52,948 bases of DNA from Acidimicrobiales bacterium (GCA_047638595.1 JBLIMJ010000004.1:1-52948), one strand, 5' to 3'; counted from the first letter of the stretch, positions 25,171-35,962 are shown. Notes: generated by a model from the letters alone, not told the origin. Made by a program: numbers and translations.

Positions 25171-26238
25171 TTAAAAGGGGTTGCGGCCGCCACGCACCTC
25201 AAAGTGCAGGTGATTCCCCGTACTCTTTCCTGTCGACCCCATCCCTCCAATAACCTGTCCTTGGGACACATAAGCACCAACGCCAACTGAATTACTACTC
25301 AAGTGCGAGTAGAGTGTCTGTGTTCCGTTATTGTGTCGAATAACAATATACTGACCGTAACCTCCATTCCAACCGCTTGGCTTAGAAATAATAACTTCAC
25401 CTGCTGCAGCAGCACGAATAGAAGTACCGTAGCTACCTGCGAGGTCTACACCGTTGTAACCATGAATACCCTGTGTTCGTACTGAACCAGGGACGGGGTG
25501 TGAAAATCCACCACCACCAGTTGCCCCAGTAGACTTAGTCGGTGCAGCATGTGCAACTCTCCGTGGAATATTGATCTCACCTCCAGGAATCATAAGTTCA
25601 TCACCAACTGAAAGCTGGTCTGCTGAAGCAAGATTGTTGTATTCAAGTACCTCTTCTAAGTCTGCATCATACTTTTTCAAAATTGAGCCAAGTGTCTCAC
25701 CTTTAGCGACTTCATGTCGTACCCCCACAATAGGAAGGATAACCAATGTCTGACCAGGTTGAATACCTGATGCTTTGGTAATATCGTTTGCCCAGAGGAT
25801 TGTATTGGTTGTTACACCATACATTTCTGCAATCTGTGAGAGTGCGTCACCTTCTCGTACAACATATACGCTAATCTCACCACCACCACTATTTGAGGCA
25901 GCAATCTCATCGGCACCAACGGGACCTGTTGAGACAAGTGCACCGTTTTCCACCGTCACATCACCACCACCAACTGCTTTTTGTGGGTCTGGATTCAGTG
26001 TCGCACTTAACAGGGGAGTATATCGTGCAGAATAATCAAACGTTTCAACAGTTCGTTCTTCAACAACCTCATCAGTCCACAATCCTACTAGAGATGAAAA
26101 AACTCCAGCGTGTACTGAAGCGGGAATAAGTAAAATTGCCAATAGCGGTAGGAATTCCGTTACAAGAATGGTAGCCCGTGTAGTCACGTGCGAATCTTTA
26201 TATGTATTCTGATCTGTACACTCATCAGAGTGTGTCAT
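25171..26238 (-). CDS. LysM-LysM-M23 peptidoglycan metalloendopeptidase
   Basis: N-terminal TM anchor, two LysM units (YVVREGDALSQIAEMYGV...; HEVAKGETLGSILKKY...) and M23 motifs HGYNGVDL and GNHLHFEV. Confidence 0.85.
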   Translation of the reverse strand: MTHSDECTDQNTYKDSHVTTRATILVTEFLPLLAILLIPASVHAGVFSSLVGLWTDEVVEERTVETFDYSARYTPLLSATLNPDPQKAVGGGDVTVENGALVSTGPVGADEIAASNSGGGEISVYVVREGDALSQIAEMYGVTTNTILWANDITKASGIQPGQTLVILPIVGVRHEVAKGETLGSILKKYDADLEEVLEYNNLASADQLSVGDELMIPGGEINIPRRVAHAAPTKSTGATGGGGFSHPVPGSVRTQGIHGYNGVDLAGSYGTSIRAAAAGEVIISKPSGWNGGYGQYIVIRHNNGTQTLYSHLSSNSVGVGAYVSQGQVIGGMGSTGKSTGNHLHFEVRGGRNPF

Positions 26239-26489
26239 ATTTGAGGGATCAGAGTCTTGTGTAGTCTGTTTAATACTTTTTTGGTTATGGTCTCACCGCC
26301 TTGTTGCATCCGTTACAGAAATGTTCTTTCAAATAAAAAGAGCGTCATACGCTCTCCTTACACGTATACCAATTTCGGTATGTACATAATCATACTAAAA
26401 CAACCCACAGGGTCAATTGACGTATTGCACTTTTCCCTTATGGTGGAAAAGTTCCCCTAAAACGGCTATTTTAAGGCATTTTAGAGGTA

Positions 26490-26519
26490 TTGACGATATA
26501 TTTTTTTATTGTGTAAAAT
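26490..26519 (+). promoter_or_regulatory. Candidate promoter (TTGACG-18-TAAAAT) upstream of uvrD
   Basis: Hexamers read by eye about 70 nt upstream of ATG 26586. Confidence 0.3.
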
Positions 26520-26585
26520 TTATGTGGCATAATAACATTATACTTTTCGTACTTAGTTTTTGGCATGGTATAGTAACGGACAATT

Positions 26586-28544
26586 ATGTCCAACGATGCA
26601 CACCTTGAAGGGTTGAACGACCCACAAAAAGAAGCAGTAACAATTATACAAGGACCTCTCTTAGTGCTCGCTGGAGCAGGTTCGGGAAAAACCCGAGTCA
26701 TCACTCACCGCATCGTACACCTTATTTTAGGAGGCGTTGCGCCACACAACATTCTTGCAGTGACGTTTACCAACAAGTCAGCTAAAGAAATGCGTGAACG
26801 TGTACATGCACTCATAAAGAAACATGCACCATCAGAACGTGCGGGGTTTGACTCATTACCTACCGTAACGACATTCCACTCATTGGGTGTGCGTATCTTG
26901 CGAGAACATCACCAGACACTCAATCTCCGTAGGCACTTCATTATTTACGACCGTGCCGATAGTAATCGTGCGATTAAGAAAGCTATTGAATCAGCGGGAC
27001 ATACAACAAAAGAATTTGAACCGCGGAAAATGCTCTCAATGATTTCGCGCGCAAAGGGAGATGCAATTACCCGAGTACAATACCTTGAGGACGCATCGAG
27101 CTACCCAGAAAAAGTATGTGCAGAAGTATGGAAGTACTACGACAAAACAATGCAAGAAGAACACGCCCTAGACTTTGATGACCTTCTATTTAAGACGTTG
27201 CATCTGCTTGAGTCATATCCGGTTGTGCTTGAAGTGCTTCAAAAGCGATATCAATACATTCATGTGGATGAGTACCAGGATACCAACAAGGTACAATTCG
27301 CAATCATAAAACTCCTTACGGGAAAAGCATCAAACATCTGTGTGGTAGGGGATGTGGATCAGAACATCTATTCATGGAGAGGAGCTGACATCAAAAACGT
27401 TTTGCAGTTTGAAAATAATTTCCCGGGAGCAAAGACTATTTTCTTAGAGGAAAATTACCGTTCAACAGGGACTATTATCGCAGCGTCGAACAGTATTATT
27501 GAAAAGAACAATAACCGTATCCCCAAGACAGTCTTCACCTCAAACCAACACGGTGAAAAAATTACACTCCACGCAGCACATACTGGACCTGACGAAGCTG
27601 AGTATATTGTGATGAAAATCAAGGAACTTATGGGTGACGGTGCGTCGCCATCTTCGTTCGCAATACTCTACAGAACAAACTTCCAGTCTCGAGTACTTGA
27701 AGAAGCATTCCTAAACTTCGGCGTACCGTACCAACTGTTAGGGACAAAATTCTTTGAACGAAAAGAAGTGAAGGACGTACTTTCGTACTTACGCCTTGCA
27801 CTCAATCCTGGCTCAACTGCAGACATCGCTCGCATTGTAAATGTTCCTACTCGCGGCATCGGAAAAGTAACCATGCTGAAGATGGTTGAGGGGAAGCGTG
27901 ATGAACTCAAAGGAGCGACACTTTTGAAGGTTGAACGTTTTGAAGAAATGATGCGAGACATCGGCGATCAAGCACGTACAGAGAAAATTTCCGAAACATT
28001 AAAATTTATTATCAAACGAACGGGGATTGAAGCAGACTTACGGAAACACGGAACTGAGGACGACATGACACGTCTGGAAAACTTGCAGGAACTTGTAACA
28101 CTTGCAATACGTTATGATGAACTCGGACCAGAAGAGGGAGTTGAGGCACTTATAGAAAACGCAGCATTGCAAAGCGACCAAGACGAACTGCAAGAGAAAG
28201 AAGAAAGTGACGCAGTACGTCTTATGACCATTCATTCAGCCAAGGGACTCGAATTCCCTTATGTATTTATTACAGGGCTTGAAGAAGGTCTCTTTCCACA
28301 CGAACGTCTTGGCGATACTGGAGTAGACCATGAGGAGGAACGTCGACTCTTTTACGTAGCACTCACACGAGCTGAGAAGAAACTATTCCTTACCTACGCA
28401 CATGTCCGAATGATTTTTGGTCAACAACGCGTCAATGTACCGTCTTCATTCCTCAACGACATCAGTAATGAGCACGTTGAAGCAGACGGATCACAAGGTG
28501 GTGGTGAAAATTCAGGATATGAGGCAACTGTTTTCTTGGACTGA
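26586..28544 (+). CDS. UvrD/PcrA-type SF1 DNA helicase
   Basis: LVLAGAGSGKTRVIT, VDEYQDTN, YRS, and TIHSAKGLEF...LFYVALTRA. Confidence 0.85.
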   Translation: MSNDAHLEGLNDPQKEAVTIIQGPLLVLAGAGSGKTRVITHRIVHLILGGVAPHNILAVTFTNKSAKEMRERVHALIKKHAPSERAGFDSLPTVTTFHSLGVRILREHHQTLNLRRHFIIYDRADSNRAIKKAIESAGHTTKEFEPRKMLSMISRAKGDAITRVQYLEDASSYPEKVCAEVWKYYDKTMQEEHALDFDDLLFKTLHLLESYPVVLEVLQKRYQYIHVDEYQDTNKVQFAIIKLLTGKASNICVVGDVDQNIYSWRGADIKNVLQFENNFPGAKTIFLEENYRSTGTIIAASNSIIEKNNNRIPKTVFTSNQHGEKITLHAAHTGPDEAEYIVMKIKELMGDGASPSSFAILYRTNFQSRVLEEAFLNFGVPYQLLGTKFFERKEVKDVLSYLRLALNPGSTADIARIVNVPTRGIGKVTMLKMVEGKRDELKGATLLKVERFEEMMRDIGDQARTEKISETLKFIIKRTGIEADLRKHGTEDDMTRLENLQELVTLAIRYDELGPEEGVEALIENAALQSDQDELQEKEESDAVRLMTIHSAKGLEFPYVFITGLEEGLFPHERLGDTGVDHEEERRLFYVALTRAEKKLFLTYAHVRMIFGQQRVNVPSSFLNDISNEHVEADGSQGGGENSGYEATVFLD

Positions 28545-28555
28545 TATATAGCTAC

Positions 28556-28590
28556 AAAAAAGGCAGGAAACTTCGTTTCCTGCCTTTTTT
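28556..28590 (+). terminator. Rho-independent terminator
   Basis: aaaaaggcaggaaac-ttc-gtttcctgcctttttt. Confidence 0.75.
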
Positions 28591-28630
28591 GTTGCATATA
28601 AACCATATCTAACATATTCTTGGCATACAT

Positions 28631-29455
28631 ATGGCTGACATACAGAAAATTAACGCAAAAAAATCTCTCGGGCAGCACTTTTTAACTAGTGCAGTGGTGC
28701 CTTCTTGGATGTGTGATGCAGCCGATATAACAAGCAATGACACCGTTTTAGAGATAGGGCCCGGTACAGGAGTACTCACCAATGAGCTTCTGAAGCGTGG
28801 GGCTACGGTCGTTGCTCTTGAAGCCGATACACGTGCTATTGAGGCACTTCAAACAACTTTTAAGGATGAAATTACCTCTGGCACCCTCATCCTTCATCAC
28901 ACAGACGTTCGTACACTAGACCTCGCAAAACTGCCACACATCTCCAACCATTCATTTAAAGTCGTTGCCAATATCCCTTATTATTTATCCGGGTTACTGT
29001 TCCGCATGTTCTTAGAATCTGCCATCCAACCGACCGATTTGGTGTACTTGGTACAAAAAGAAGTCGCCAAACGAGCAACGAGCAATATCTCGAAGGGAGA
29101 GAAGGAGTCACTCCTGTCTCTTTCCGTGCAAGCATACGGAACACCAAAATACGTGAAGACAGTTACCAGAGGTCATTTTACCCCACCACCTAAGGTAGAT
29201 TCAGGTATTATCGCTATACGGAACATTAGCAAGAACAACTTTAAAGATATCGATGAATCCTTATTTTTCAACATATTACACCTAGGATTCGGGCAAAAAC
29301 GTAAGCAATTACTAGGGAACCTCACAAAACAATACGATAGGGAACTACTTACCCACACTTTTTCCACAGTCGACATACCTGTTTCCATTCGTGCTGAGGA
29401 CGTGCCACTGGAAAAATGGCTCATCTTGGTTGAAAGTCTCGTTGCCCACAGTTAA
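28631..29455 (+). CDS. rsmA: 16S rRNA (adenine1518/1519-N6)-dimethyltransferase
   Basis: KKSLGQHFL...VLEIGPGTGVLT...NIPYY. Confidence 0.85.
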   Translation: MADIQKINAKKSLGQHFLTSAVVPSWMCDAADITSNDTVLEIGPGTGVLTNELLKRGATVVALEADTRAIEALQTTFKDEITSGTLILHHTDVRTLDLAKLPHISNHSFKVVANIPYYLSGLLFRMFLESAIQPTDLVYLVQKEVAKRATSNISKGEKESLLSLSVQAYGTPKYVKTVTRGHFTPPPKVDSGIIAIRNISKNNFKDIDESLFFNILHLGFGQKRKQLLGNLTKQYDRELLTHTFSTVDIPVSIRAEDVPLEKWLILVESLVAHS

Positions 29456-29572
29456 TACACAGGCTGTGCACAGGTACTACTAAAAGTGCGCAGTGGTTAA
29501 CCACAGCTTTATACATAATGTACGCATATACAAACAACCATGCTGGTATACTAACTATGTATACATATATAT

Positions 29573-30457
29573 ATGTCAAATCCACAAACCAGAATTGCAG
29601 GAGCGTTATTCATTGGAGCGTTACTTATCTCAAGTGCACTCTTTATACGTTCATGGTCAGTCGAATCTGTCCCCGTTGTACACAACGTTGCTGTAGTGAC
29701 CGCAGCTCCTGAACGAACTGCAATTGCAGTTACTGATAAAAATAATGATGGAGTACCTGACTGGCAGGAAGCTTTGTTAGTAACAGAGGCAATGAATATC
29801 TCTGGGACCACAACTGCCTACACCGCCCCTGAAACTCTGACAGACCAATTTGCGTTAGAATTTTTCGAAGAGATGGTTCGTAACGAAAACTACGGGGAAT
29901 TCGGTGATACACCAGAAGAACTCGTACTACAGACAAGTGAGGCACTCGCGCGTGAAGCAAGAGATGTCCTTCTTGAGGGGAAAGACATTACTATCTCAAG
30001 CAACAACTCTATAGAAGCGCTGAGCCGATATGGAGAAGATGTTGCAATTATTATCGATACGTACTCCACACATGCGACTGAAAACGAGGCGAAGATTCTC
30101 GAGAGAGCACTTCGAGAACAAAGTGCAGAAGGGCTCGTGAAGCTTAATGATAATATAGCCGTATATACAAGCCTTTTAGAAGAAACACAAAAGCTTGCCG
30201 TTCCAGAGGTAATGAAAACTGAACATTTGAACTTACTCAACACCTACCAAGCACTCATCGCAGACATAACTGCCATGCAAACTGCTTTTGAAGATCCAAT
30301 GTATGCATTGTTGCGTCTCAAGCGCTACCAGGATGATGCTGCGGGACTCTATGCTTCTATTGTAAATATGTACACAGCGCTACTGAAGCATGACGCACAA
30401 TGGGACGAAGGGTCAGCTGTCTATTCACTTATTGGTATTAACACAGATAATCAATAG
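29573..30457 (+). CDS. Membrane-anchored hypothetical protein (first ORF of the T4SS-like cluster)
   Basis: N-terminal TM IAGALFIGALLISSALFI, with a helical acidic remainder. No family recognised. Confidence 0.5.
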   Translation: MSNPQTRIAGALFIGALLISSALFIRSWSVESVPVVHNVAVVTAAPERTAIAVTDKNNDGVPDWQEALLVTEAMNISGTTTAYTAPETLTDQFALEFFEEMVRNENYGEFGDTPEELVLQTSEALAREARDVLLEGKDITISSNNSIEALSRYGEDVAIIIDTYSTHATENEAKILERALREQSAEGLVKLNDNIAVYTSLLEETQKLAVPEVMKTEHLNLLNTYQALIADITAMQTAFEDPMYALLRLKRYQDDAAGLYASIVNMYTALLKHDAQWDEGSAVYSLIGINTDNQ

Positions 30458-30460
30458 CGT

Positions 30461-31933
30461 ATGTGGAGTAAATTTTTTAAAGTAATACAAACAAACGTAA
30501 GTGCACTTCTTATGATTGTACTTATGGCAAGCACTATCGCACTCACACCAATGACCCCTCAGGGGGAAGTCCAGAAGGCGGAAGCACTCTTTGGAATTGG
30601 CGATGCAGTTTTTGTTGTTGGAGGGAGCGGTACCATTCAAGAAACACTCAGCGCAGCATCAAACGCAATTACTGCAGGAATCCAAGAAGCATTTTTCATA
30701 AAAGAATTTACACTTGACCCTATCTTTCACGGACTAGCGAAGATGGTTCTCAAAAGCATGACTCAGAGTATCCTTACCTGGATTAACTCAGGATTCCAGG
30801 GGAGCCCAGCGTTTGTAACCGACCTTGGTCAATTCTTGCAAGACGCCGCAGACCAAGTAGTGGGGGACTTCATATACAACGATCCAGCACTCAACTTCCT
30901 ATGTAGTCCATTCCAGCTGGATGTAAAAATTGCTCTTGCTGAAACATACCAGGCGCAAAGCAGCGGGGAAGACTTCGCAAGTGAAGCACAATGTACCTTA
31001 AGCGATGTCACAGATAACGTGGAGGGATTCTTAAATGGGAGTTTCAGTCAAGGAGGTTGGGACAGCTGGTTTGAGGTGACGCAAAACCCTTCTAACACAC
31101 CAACAGGTGCTTACCTTGCAGCTGAGGCAGAGATGCATGCACGAATTGTTAATGAACAAGGGCAGGCTATTAAAGAACTTGACTGGGGTGATGGATTCCT
31201 CTCATTTAAGGTGTGTGACGACACCAATGGTTCAGGGAAAAACTGTAACATCAGCACACCTGGTACTGTTATTGCTAACCAAATCAACAAAACACTTGGT
31301 GCAGGACAAGATGAACTTATTGCAGCTGACGAGGTAAACGAAATCATCAGTGCGCTCTTTGCACAACTTGCGAAACAAGCAATTACAGGAATCAATGGGC
31401 TGCTTGGTCTTGGAGGATCTCAGTACTCAGACAGCTCATTTGGTGACGGTTCACAATCCTACCTTGATGCACTTGGTAACGAGCGAGGAGGGACCAGTGG
31501 GTTAGATCCAATGCTAAAAGCAATAGAAAATGAAGAGGAACATTATGACTTACAACGTGACGTACTTATCATCGTAGCTGGAGCTGAAGCTGACCTTCAG
31601 AAAAACCAAGCTTCAAGCTCCTGTGCCCAGCTACAAAATGTGCGCATGCCACGCGGTTTAGTTACTGCAGGAGAAATCTCTATATTACAACAATTTGTAT
31701 CGTCATCAACTATTGCAGAATTAACCGCCTTGAGTGCGCAATACCAAGATGCTGAGACTCCATCTGAACAATTAGAAATTATTGAAAAGTACAACAAACT
31801 AAAGACTGATGGCGCCTTAAAGACTCAAATTGATAATGTGCGACTAGATCTGTACATCAAAAATGAAATCGCGCAGATGGTAGACAAATTAGAGAATGAT
31901 ATAGACTCTGCAGTGCAGTCCTGCAATAGGTAG
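30461..31933 (+). CDS. Secreted/anchored hypothetical protein
   Basis: N-terminal hydrophobic segment. 490 aa. It starts 4 nt after the previous stop. Confidence 0.5.
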   Translation: MWSKFFKVIQTNVSALLMIVLMASTIALTPMTPQGEVQKAEALFGIGDAVFVVGGSGTIQETLSAASNAITAGIQEAFFIKEFTLDPIFHGLAKMVLKSMTQSILTWINSGFQGSPAFVTDLGQFLQDAADQVVGDFIYNDPALNFLCSPFQLDVKIALAETYQAQSSGEDFASEAQCTLSDVTDNVEGFLNGSFSQGGWDSWFEVTQNPSNTPTGAYLAAEAEMHARIVNEQGQAIKELDWGDGFLSFKVCDDTNGSGKNCNISTPGTVIANQINKTLGAGQDELIAADEVNEIISALFAQLAKQAITGINGLLGLGGSQYSDSSFGDGSQSYLDALGNERGGTSGLDPMLKAIENEEEHYDLQRDVLIIVAGAEADLQKNQASSSCAQLQNVRMPRGLVTAGEISILQQFVSSSTIAELTALSAQYQDAETPSEQLEIIEKYNKLKTDGALKTQIDNVRLDLYIKNEIAQMVDKLENDIDSAVQSCNR

Positions 31934-31943
31934 CAATGCCCGA

Positions 31944-32072
31944 ATGAACAGTGAATTAAAATCAGTAACTGACAATGTACGCCTGGAGTTATATATTAAA
32001 AATGAACTCGCAGCATCAGTAGACAAGTTAGGAAAAGATATGGGGAGTGCTATTACAGCATGTAATATATAA
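31944..32072 (+). pseudogene. Diverged duplicate of the last ~40 codons of ORF 30461-31933
   Basis: MNSELKSVTDNVRLELYIKNELAASVDKLGKDMGSAITACNI* versus the gene end KTQIDNVRLDLYIKNEIAQMVDKLENDIDSAVQSCNR*. Confidence 0.65.
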
Positions 32073-32082
32073 TCGTAAAACT

Positions 32083-32128
32083 GGAAATACAGAAAATGGC
32101 AGCCTTCAGCTGCCATTTTCTGTATTCC
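32083..32128 (+). terminator. Hairpin terminator
   Basis: cagaaaatggcagc-cttca-gctgccattttctg. Confidence 0.6.
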
Positions 32129-32204
32129 TACACACCTCCTTCTCCTGTCAACATGGTGACAAAACAAATTCTTTACTCACTACTCGCGGTACAATAAGAA
32201 AGAT

Positions 32205-34469
32205 ATGGGTATTAAAGTGCACTTGCATAAGTATCTCTTTTTGAGGTTATTCGTGTTTTTTACATGTATTTTATTTCTATCCAATATATTCGCTCCATTC
32301 GCTCAAGCTGATCATGTTGCTGGACATGAACGTGCCCCACTTATAGGTACTCCGGGGGGTGGAACACCAGTTGTTGCTCCTGTTGTCACTCCGGTAGTCC
32401 CCTACGAAGATGCAATAATGCGAGCTGCTAAAAATCCACCTCCTGCTGTTGTTGAGACTATAGGCACCCAACCCTCAGGCTCGGCAAGATTTATTTATGG
32501 AATCTCCCTTGGTATAGGTGGAAAAATTGTTGCCATTGGTGGCCAGCTATTTGACGGTGCAGTCAACCACTTTGTTCGCGGTCTTGGACAATTCTACCTG
32601 GGGCCATTAGGGGGAGCGGTCAACGCCTTATGGGAAATAATACGTGATGTATTCAACATCCTCTTTATTTTTAGCTTAGTGTATATTGGGCTGCGTACCA
32701 TTCTTGACTCCGAAGACTCCGGGACCAAGAAGTTGCTTGGGATGCTCATAGCTGCAGCACTATTGATTAATTTTAGTTTGTATTTTACAAAGGTAATTGT
32801 TGACATATCGAATTTCACTGCAGTTGCTATACACAATACCGCTATTGGTGGTCTGGAAGGAGCTTATTCCGTTACAGGAACATTGATTAAGGTTGAAGAC
32901 AGAAGTATTGCTGGCGCATTTTTGGAAATTGTTGCACTCGGAAGCTGGTTTAACCAAGACTTAGGATCAAAAGAAGAGACACATACCGTCGTATTTTCAA
33001 TCTTCATGCTTTTCTTCCTTGGTCTTACTGGTTTTGTACTTGCGTATGGGGCTCTGATGCTTTTTGCTCGATTCATCGCTATAACTATATACATGATTTT
33101 TTCACCACTAATGTTCTTAGGATGGATTGTTCCTCAGTGGAAAAAGTTTGGCACCAAATGGTGGCAAGGTTTTCTCTCATACTGCTTCTATGCTCCTGCA
33201 TTTATTTTCATGCTATATGTCACCCTCTATGCCCTCGTTCAAATAAAGGAGGGTCTAAAGGACGGTGGTGCAGAAGTTACTTCAGGTAGTGGATTTGCTG
33301 ATTACTTTCTCAACGGAACAGGGTTTAACTCTTTCATACTCTACGCTGTAGGGATTGGGTTTATGTTCGCAGCATTTAGAGTATCAAAAATAATGAGTGA
33401 TGCTGGTGCAGGAAGTTCCATGATGTTTGCAGACAAGATGTCACGTAAACTGACAACAGGAGCTGCTAGGTACGCTGGGGGGAAAGTAGGAGGTGGAGCA
33501 GGAAGAGGTGCGGGTCGGGCATGGTCTGCGTACCGTGGTGGTCAACACCAAGAAACAATAGACAATATAAATGCCAGGGAAAAGAGAACAGGTACATCAA
33601 CTTCGCTAGATCAATGGCGGCGCACACGTGCAGAAGCTGGTATGAAAAAAAATCATATGGGAGCCAGCTCATTCCAAGAAAGAAAAGACACGGGTAAGAC
33701 TGCGGGTGCGCGGGCCGAGACAGCACATAATGCATACAAATCACAACAAGCAATCATTAGTGCTAGCACACCAATTGAGCGCGAAACTGCTGTTGCAAAA
33801 GCAGTGGGTTCTGATCTAGTTGAAATGACGAAGACAAAAGAAGGACGTAAAGCGTTAATTGCAAATGCTGGATCCATTAGTGATGATAAAATGAAGGAGA
33901 TAATGAAGTCCGATGCTTCTCCTGAGATTAAAGATAAGTTGTCTAAAGCAAGGAAGACCCAAGTTTCAGATAATCTTGTCGTGGAACACGGCTCTGGACC
34001 TGGCAGTACTTTGGAAGATGTTATTCACAAGGCAGATTCTTCAGAATTAAAAACCATTGGGTTTGATGTTGCTCATGACAATGCTGCGAGGCTCACTTCA
34101 AAACAAATTGAAGACTGGAAAGACTTAACGCCGACACAAAAAAGATATCTGAAGAAGAAGCGCGCTGATGATTTGGTTGCTGTGTTTAATGGCCATAGTG
34201 GAGGGAGTCCGTCAGCAATATTTAATCAATTTAAAAATGACACTGAAAGATCTAAATTGCCAAAAGATATACTTACGAATTCAAACTCTGTTCAGTATTT
34301 AAATAAAAACATTCTTACAAAGATAGTGGATGATGATGGTATCGAGGATACTGACAGACGACTTATTCGTCAAAATATTGAGGGGGCTTTCCCTGCAGGA
34401 ACCACGCAAGGGGACGAATGGAGAAAGTGGTTTAGCAAGAATAATGCAGGACAACGGTATCCAACATGA
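32205..34469 (+). CDS. TrbL/VirB6-like polytopic T4SS membrane protein with a long basic C-terminal extension
   Basis: Signal-like N-terminus and at least 6 hydrophobic helices (e.g. LWEIIRDVFNILFIFSLVYIGL, LLGMLIAAALLINFSLYF). The pattern and context match TrbL/VirB6. Confidence 0.6.
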   Translation: MGIKVHLHKYLFLRLFVFFTCILFLSNIFAPFAQADHVAGHERAPLIGTPGGGTPVVAPVVTPVVPYEDAIMRAAKNPPPAVVETIGTQPSGSARFIYGISLGIGGKIVAIGGQLFDGAVNHFVRGLGQFYLGPLGGAVNALWEIIRDVFNILFIFSLVYIGLRTILDSEDSGTKKLLGMLIAAALLINFSLYFTKVIVDISNFTAVAIHNTAIGGLEGAYSVTGTLIKVEDRSIAGAFLEIVALGSWFNQDLGSKEETHTVVFSIFMLFFLGLTGFVLAYGALMLFARFIAITIYMIFSPLMFLGWIVPQWKKFGTKWWQGFLSYCFYAPAFIFMLYVTLYALVQIKEGLKDGGAEVTSGSGFADYFLNGTGFNSFILYAVGIGFMFAAFRVSKIMSDAGAGSSMMFADKMSRKLTTGAARYAGGKVGGGAGRGAGRAWSAYRGGQHQETIDNINAREKRTGTSTSLDQWRRTRAEAGMKKNHMGASSFQERKDTGKTAGARAETAHNAYKSQQAIISASTPIERETAVAKAVGSDLVEMTKTKEGRKALIANAGSISDDKMKEIMKSDASPEIKDKLSKARKTQVSDNLVVEHGSGPGSTLEDVIHKADSSELKTIGFDVAHDNAARLTSKQIEDWKDLTPTQKRYLKKKRADDLVAVFNGHSGGSPSAIFNQFKNDTERSKLPKDILTNSNSVQYLNKNILTKIVDDDGIEDTDRRLIRQNIEGAFPAGTTQGDEWRKWFSKNNAGQRYPT

Positions 34470-35449
34470 TAAAAATAACGGAAGAAAACAGAATAGCTAA
34501 ATACCGTGAGGCAGATGAGGTGACTAGGACACTGTACATTAGTGATGTAGTATCTGCGACATTGGAGAAAAAATTTCCCGATTATGACAAGAAGGAAACA
34601 TATCAAATTATTGGCGACACTATTCTCGGATTCTACAAAACAAAAGATTTGCCTATACTACTGCAAACTCAGTTAGATATAACACCTCAACAATCACTAC
34701 AAATCACAAGTGAACTTATAGAATTTCTTAGCCCAGTAGTTGCACGGGAGCAAGCTGAGGTCGAAACTCCTCAGAATGCTGCGCCTCAACAGCAACCCTT
34801 CCAAGCAGCTATGCCCGCAGAAGCGCGGGCGGAGGTTTTTCGAGCTATGGCCGGAGATCCACAGCCAACTGCAATACCTGAGCCTCAAGTAGCTCCTGTT
34901 GCACAGCCTCAGGTTCCTCAGCAACCAACAGTTCCCACAGCTCCTTTACAACCCGTACCCCAACAGGTACAACCTATAGCACAGCCAGTGCCTGTACAAC
35001 CTGTGACACCACAAGCACAGTCCGTACCTCAATCAATACCGACACAGCCCGCAGCACCTCAACAACCTGTTGCACCGCAGACAATTCAGCAACAACCCGT
35101 CACTCCTCCACAGCCTCAGATAGCAATGCAAAGACAACCCGAGCAAGTTGCACAACCTGTTGCATCACAAACACCACCAAACCTTCCTACGCAACAACCA
35201 CAAAGTTTTATCCCGACCCATATCCCCACACAACCAGAACCAGCCCAACAGCCAGCTGCACCTGAGGTATCTGCAGAACCTATTGACCGTATCCATGGAT
35301 ACGGTGCATACCGAGGACAGTATCCTGATTCAGCAGGCGCGCAAGCACACACTGAAGCAATTATCCGCGGTGCATCACAAGACGACCTACTAAAGAGACA
35401 GCCAAAACTTGCTGACATGCCCACATATGTGGAAGATCAGCAGCAATAA
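34466..35449 (+). CDS. P/Q-rich protein (about 200 aa of QP/PQ low complexity)
   Basis: ATGA overlap with the upstream ORF. The globular N-terminal ~100 aa are followed by QPVPQQVQPIAQPVPVQP... tracts. Confidence 0.5.
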   Translation: MIKITEENRIAKYREADEVTRTLYISDVVSATLEKKFPDYDKKETYQIIGDTILGFYKTKDLPILLQTQLDITPQQSLQITSELIEFLSPVVAREQAEVETPQNAAPQQQPFQAAMPAEARAEVFRAMAGDPQPTAIPEPQVAPVAQPQVPQQPTVPTAPLQPVPQQVQPIAQPVPVQPVTPQAQSVPQSIPTQPAAPQQPVAPQTIQQQPVTPPQPQIAMQRQPEQVAQPVASQTPPNLPTQQPQSFIPTHIPTQPEPAQQPAAPEVSAEPIDRIHGYGAYRGQYPDSAGAQAHTEAIIRGASQDDLLKRQPKLADMPTYVEDQQQ

Positions 35450-35451
35450 AA

Positions 35452-35504
35452 GTAGGTTGTATAAAAGACTGTGAGCGTAGCTCACAGTCTTTTATACAAC
35501 CTAC
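35452..35504 (+). terminator. 25-bp perfect hairpin
   Basis: gtaggttgtataaaagactgtgagc-gta-gctcacagtcttttatacaacctac. Confidence 0.6.
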
Positions 35505-35541
35505 ATAGCAAACTCCATCAAAGTCGCGCTATAATACTTAC

Positions 35542-35952
35542 ATGCGATTTGAGGTTCCTCAATTTATCGAAATAGAAGACAAGATCTTCGGTCCTTTTAC
35601 CTGGAGACAATTCATTTACCTTTGTGGGGGAGTGAGTGTTGCGGCTATTACCTTTATAACTATGCATGTGGTTATCTTTTTGATTATAGGAATACCTGTG
35701 GGTGGACTTTCATTTCTTCTTGCATTTTACCCCGTGAACAATAGACCTTTTTCTAAATTCTTAGAGTCTATATTTAACTTTTATCGTTCAGAAAGAATCT
35801 ACAAATGGCGACGGGCAAAACAAAATGTGTACAGAGCTGAAAATCATACCTCTGAAGACCTAATGCCCGTATTAGCACCGAAAAAAAGTCCTGGTGGCAT
35901 CAACTCGCTTGCTCGAGAGTTAGAATTGCGTGCAATGCAAAAAAGTGAATAG
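35542..35952 (+). CDS. PrgI-family (VirB3-like) small T4SS membrane protein
   Basis: N-terminal signature MRFEVPQFIEIEDKIFGPFTWRQFIYL followed by two TM helices. Confidence 0.65.
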   Translation: MRFEVPQFIEIEDKIFGPFTWRQFIYLCGGVSVAAITFITMHVVIFLIIGIPVGGLSFLLAFYPVNNRPFSKFLESIFNFYRSERIYKWRRAKQNVYRAENHTSEDLMPVLAPKKSPGGINSLARELELRAMQKSE

Positions 35953-35962
35953 TTACAACAAT

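Noticed and set aside
31810-32072. Possibility that the duplicated gene ends (here, comM and tyrS) are template/variable repeat pairs of a diversity-generating retroelement.
   Set aside because: No reverse transcriptase is in the window. The differences between copies are of all base types rather than confined to adenine positions, and the copies include indels.
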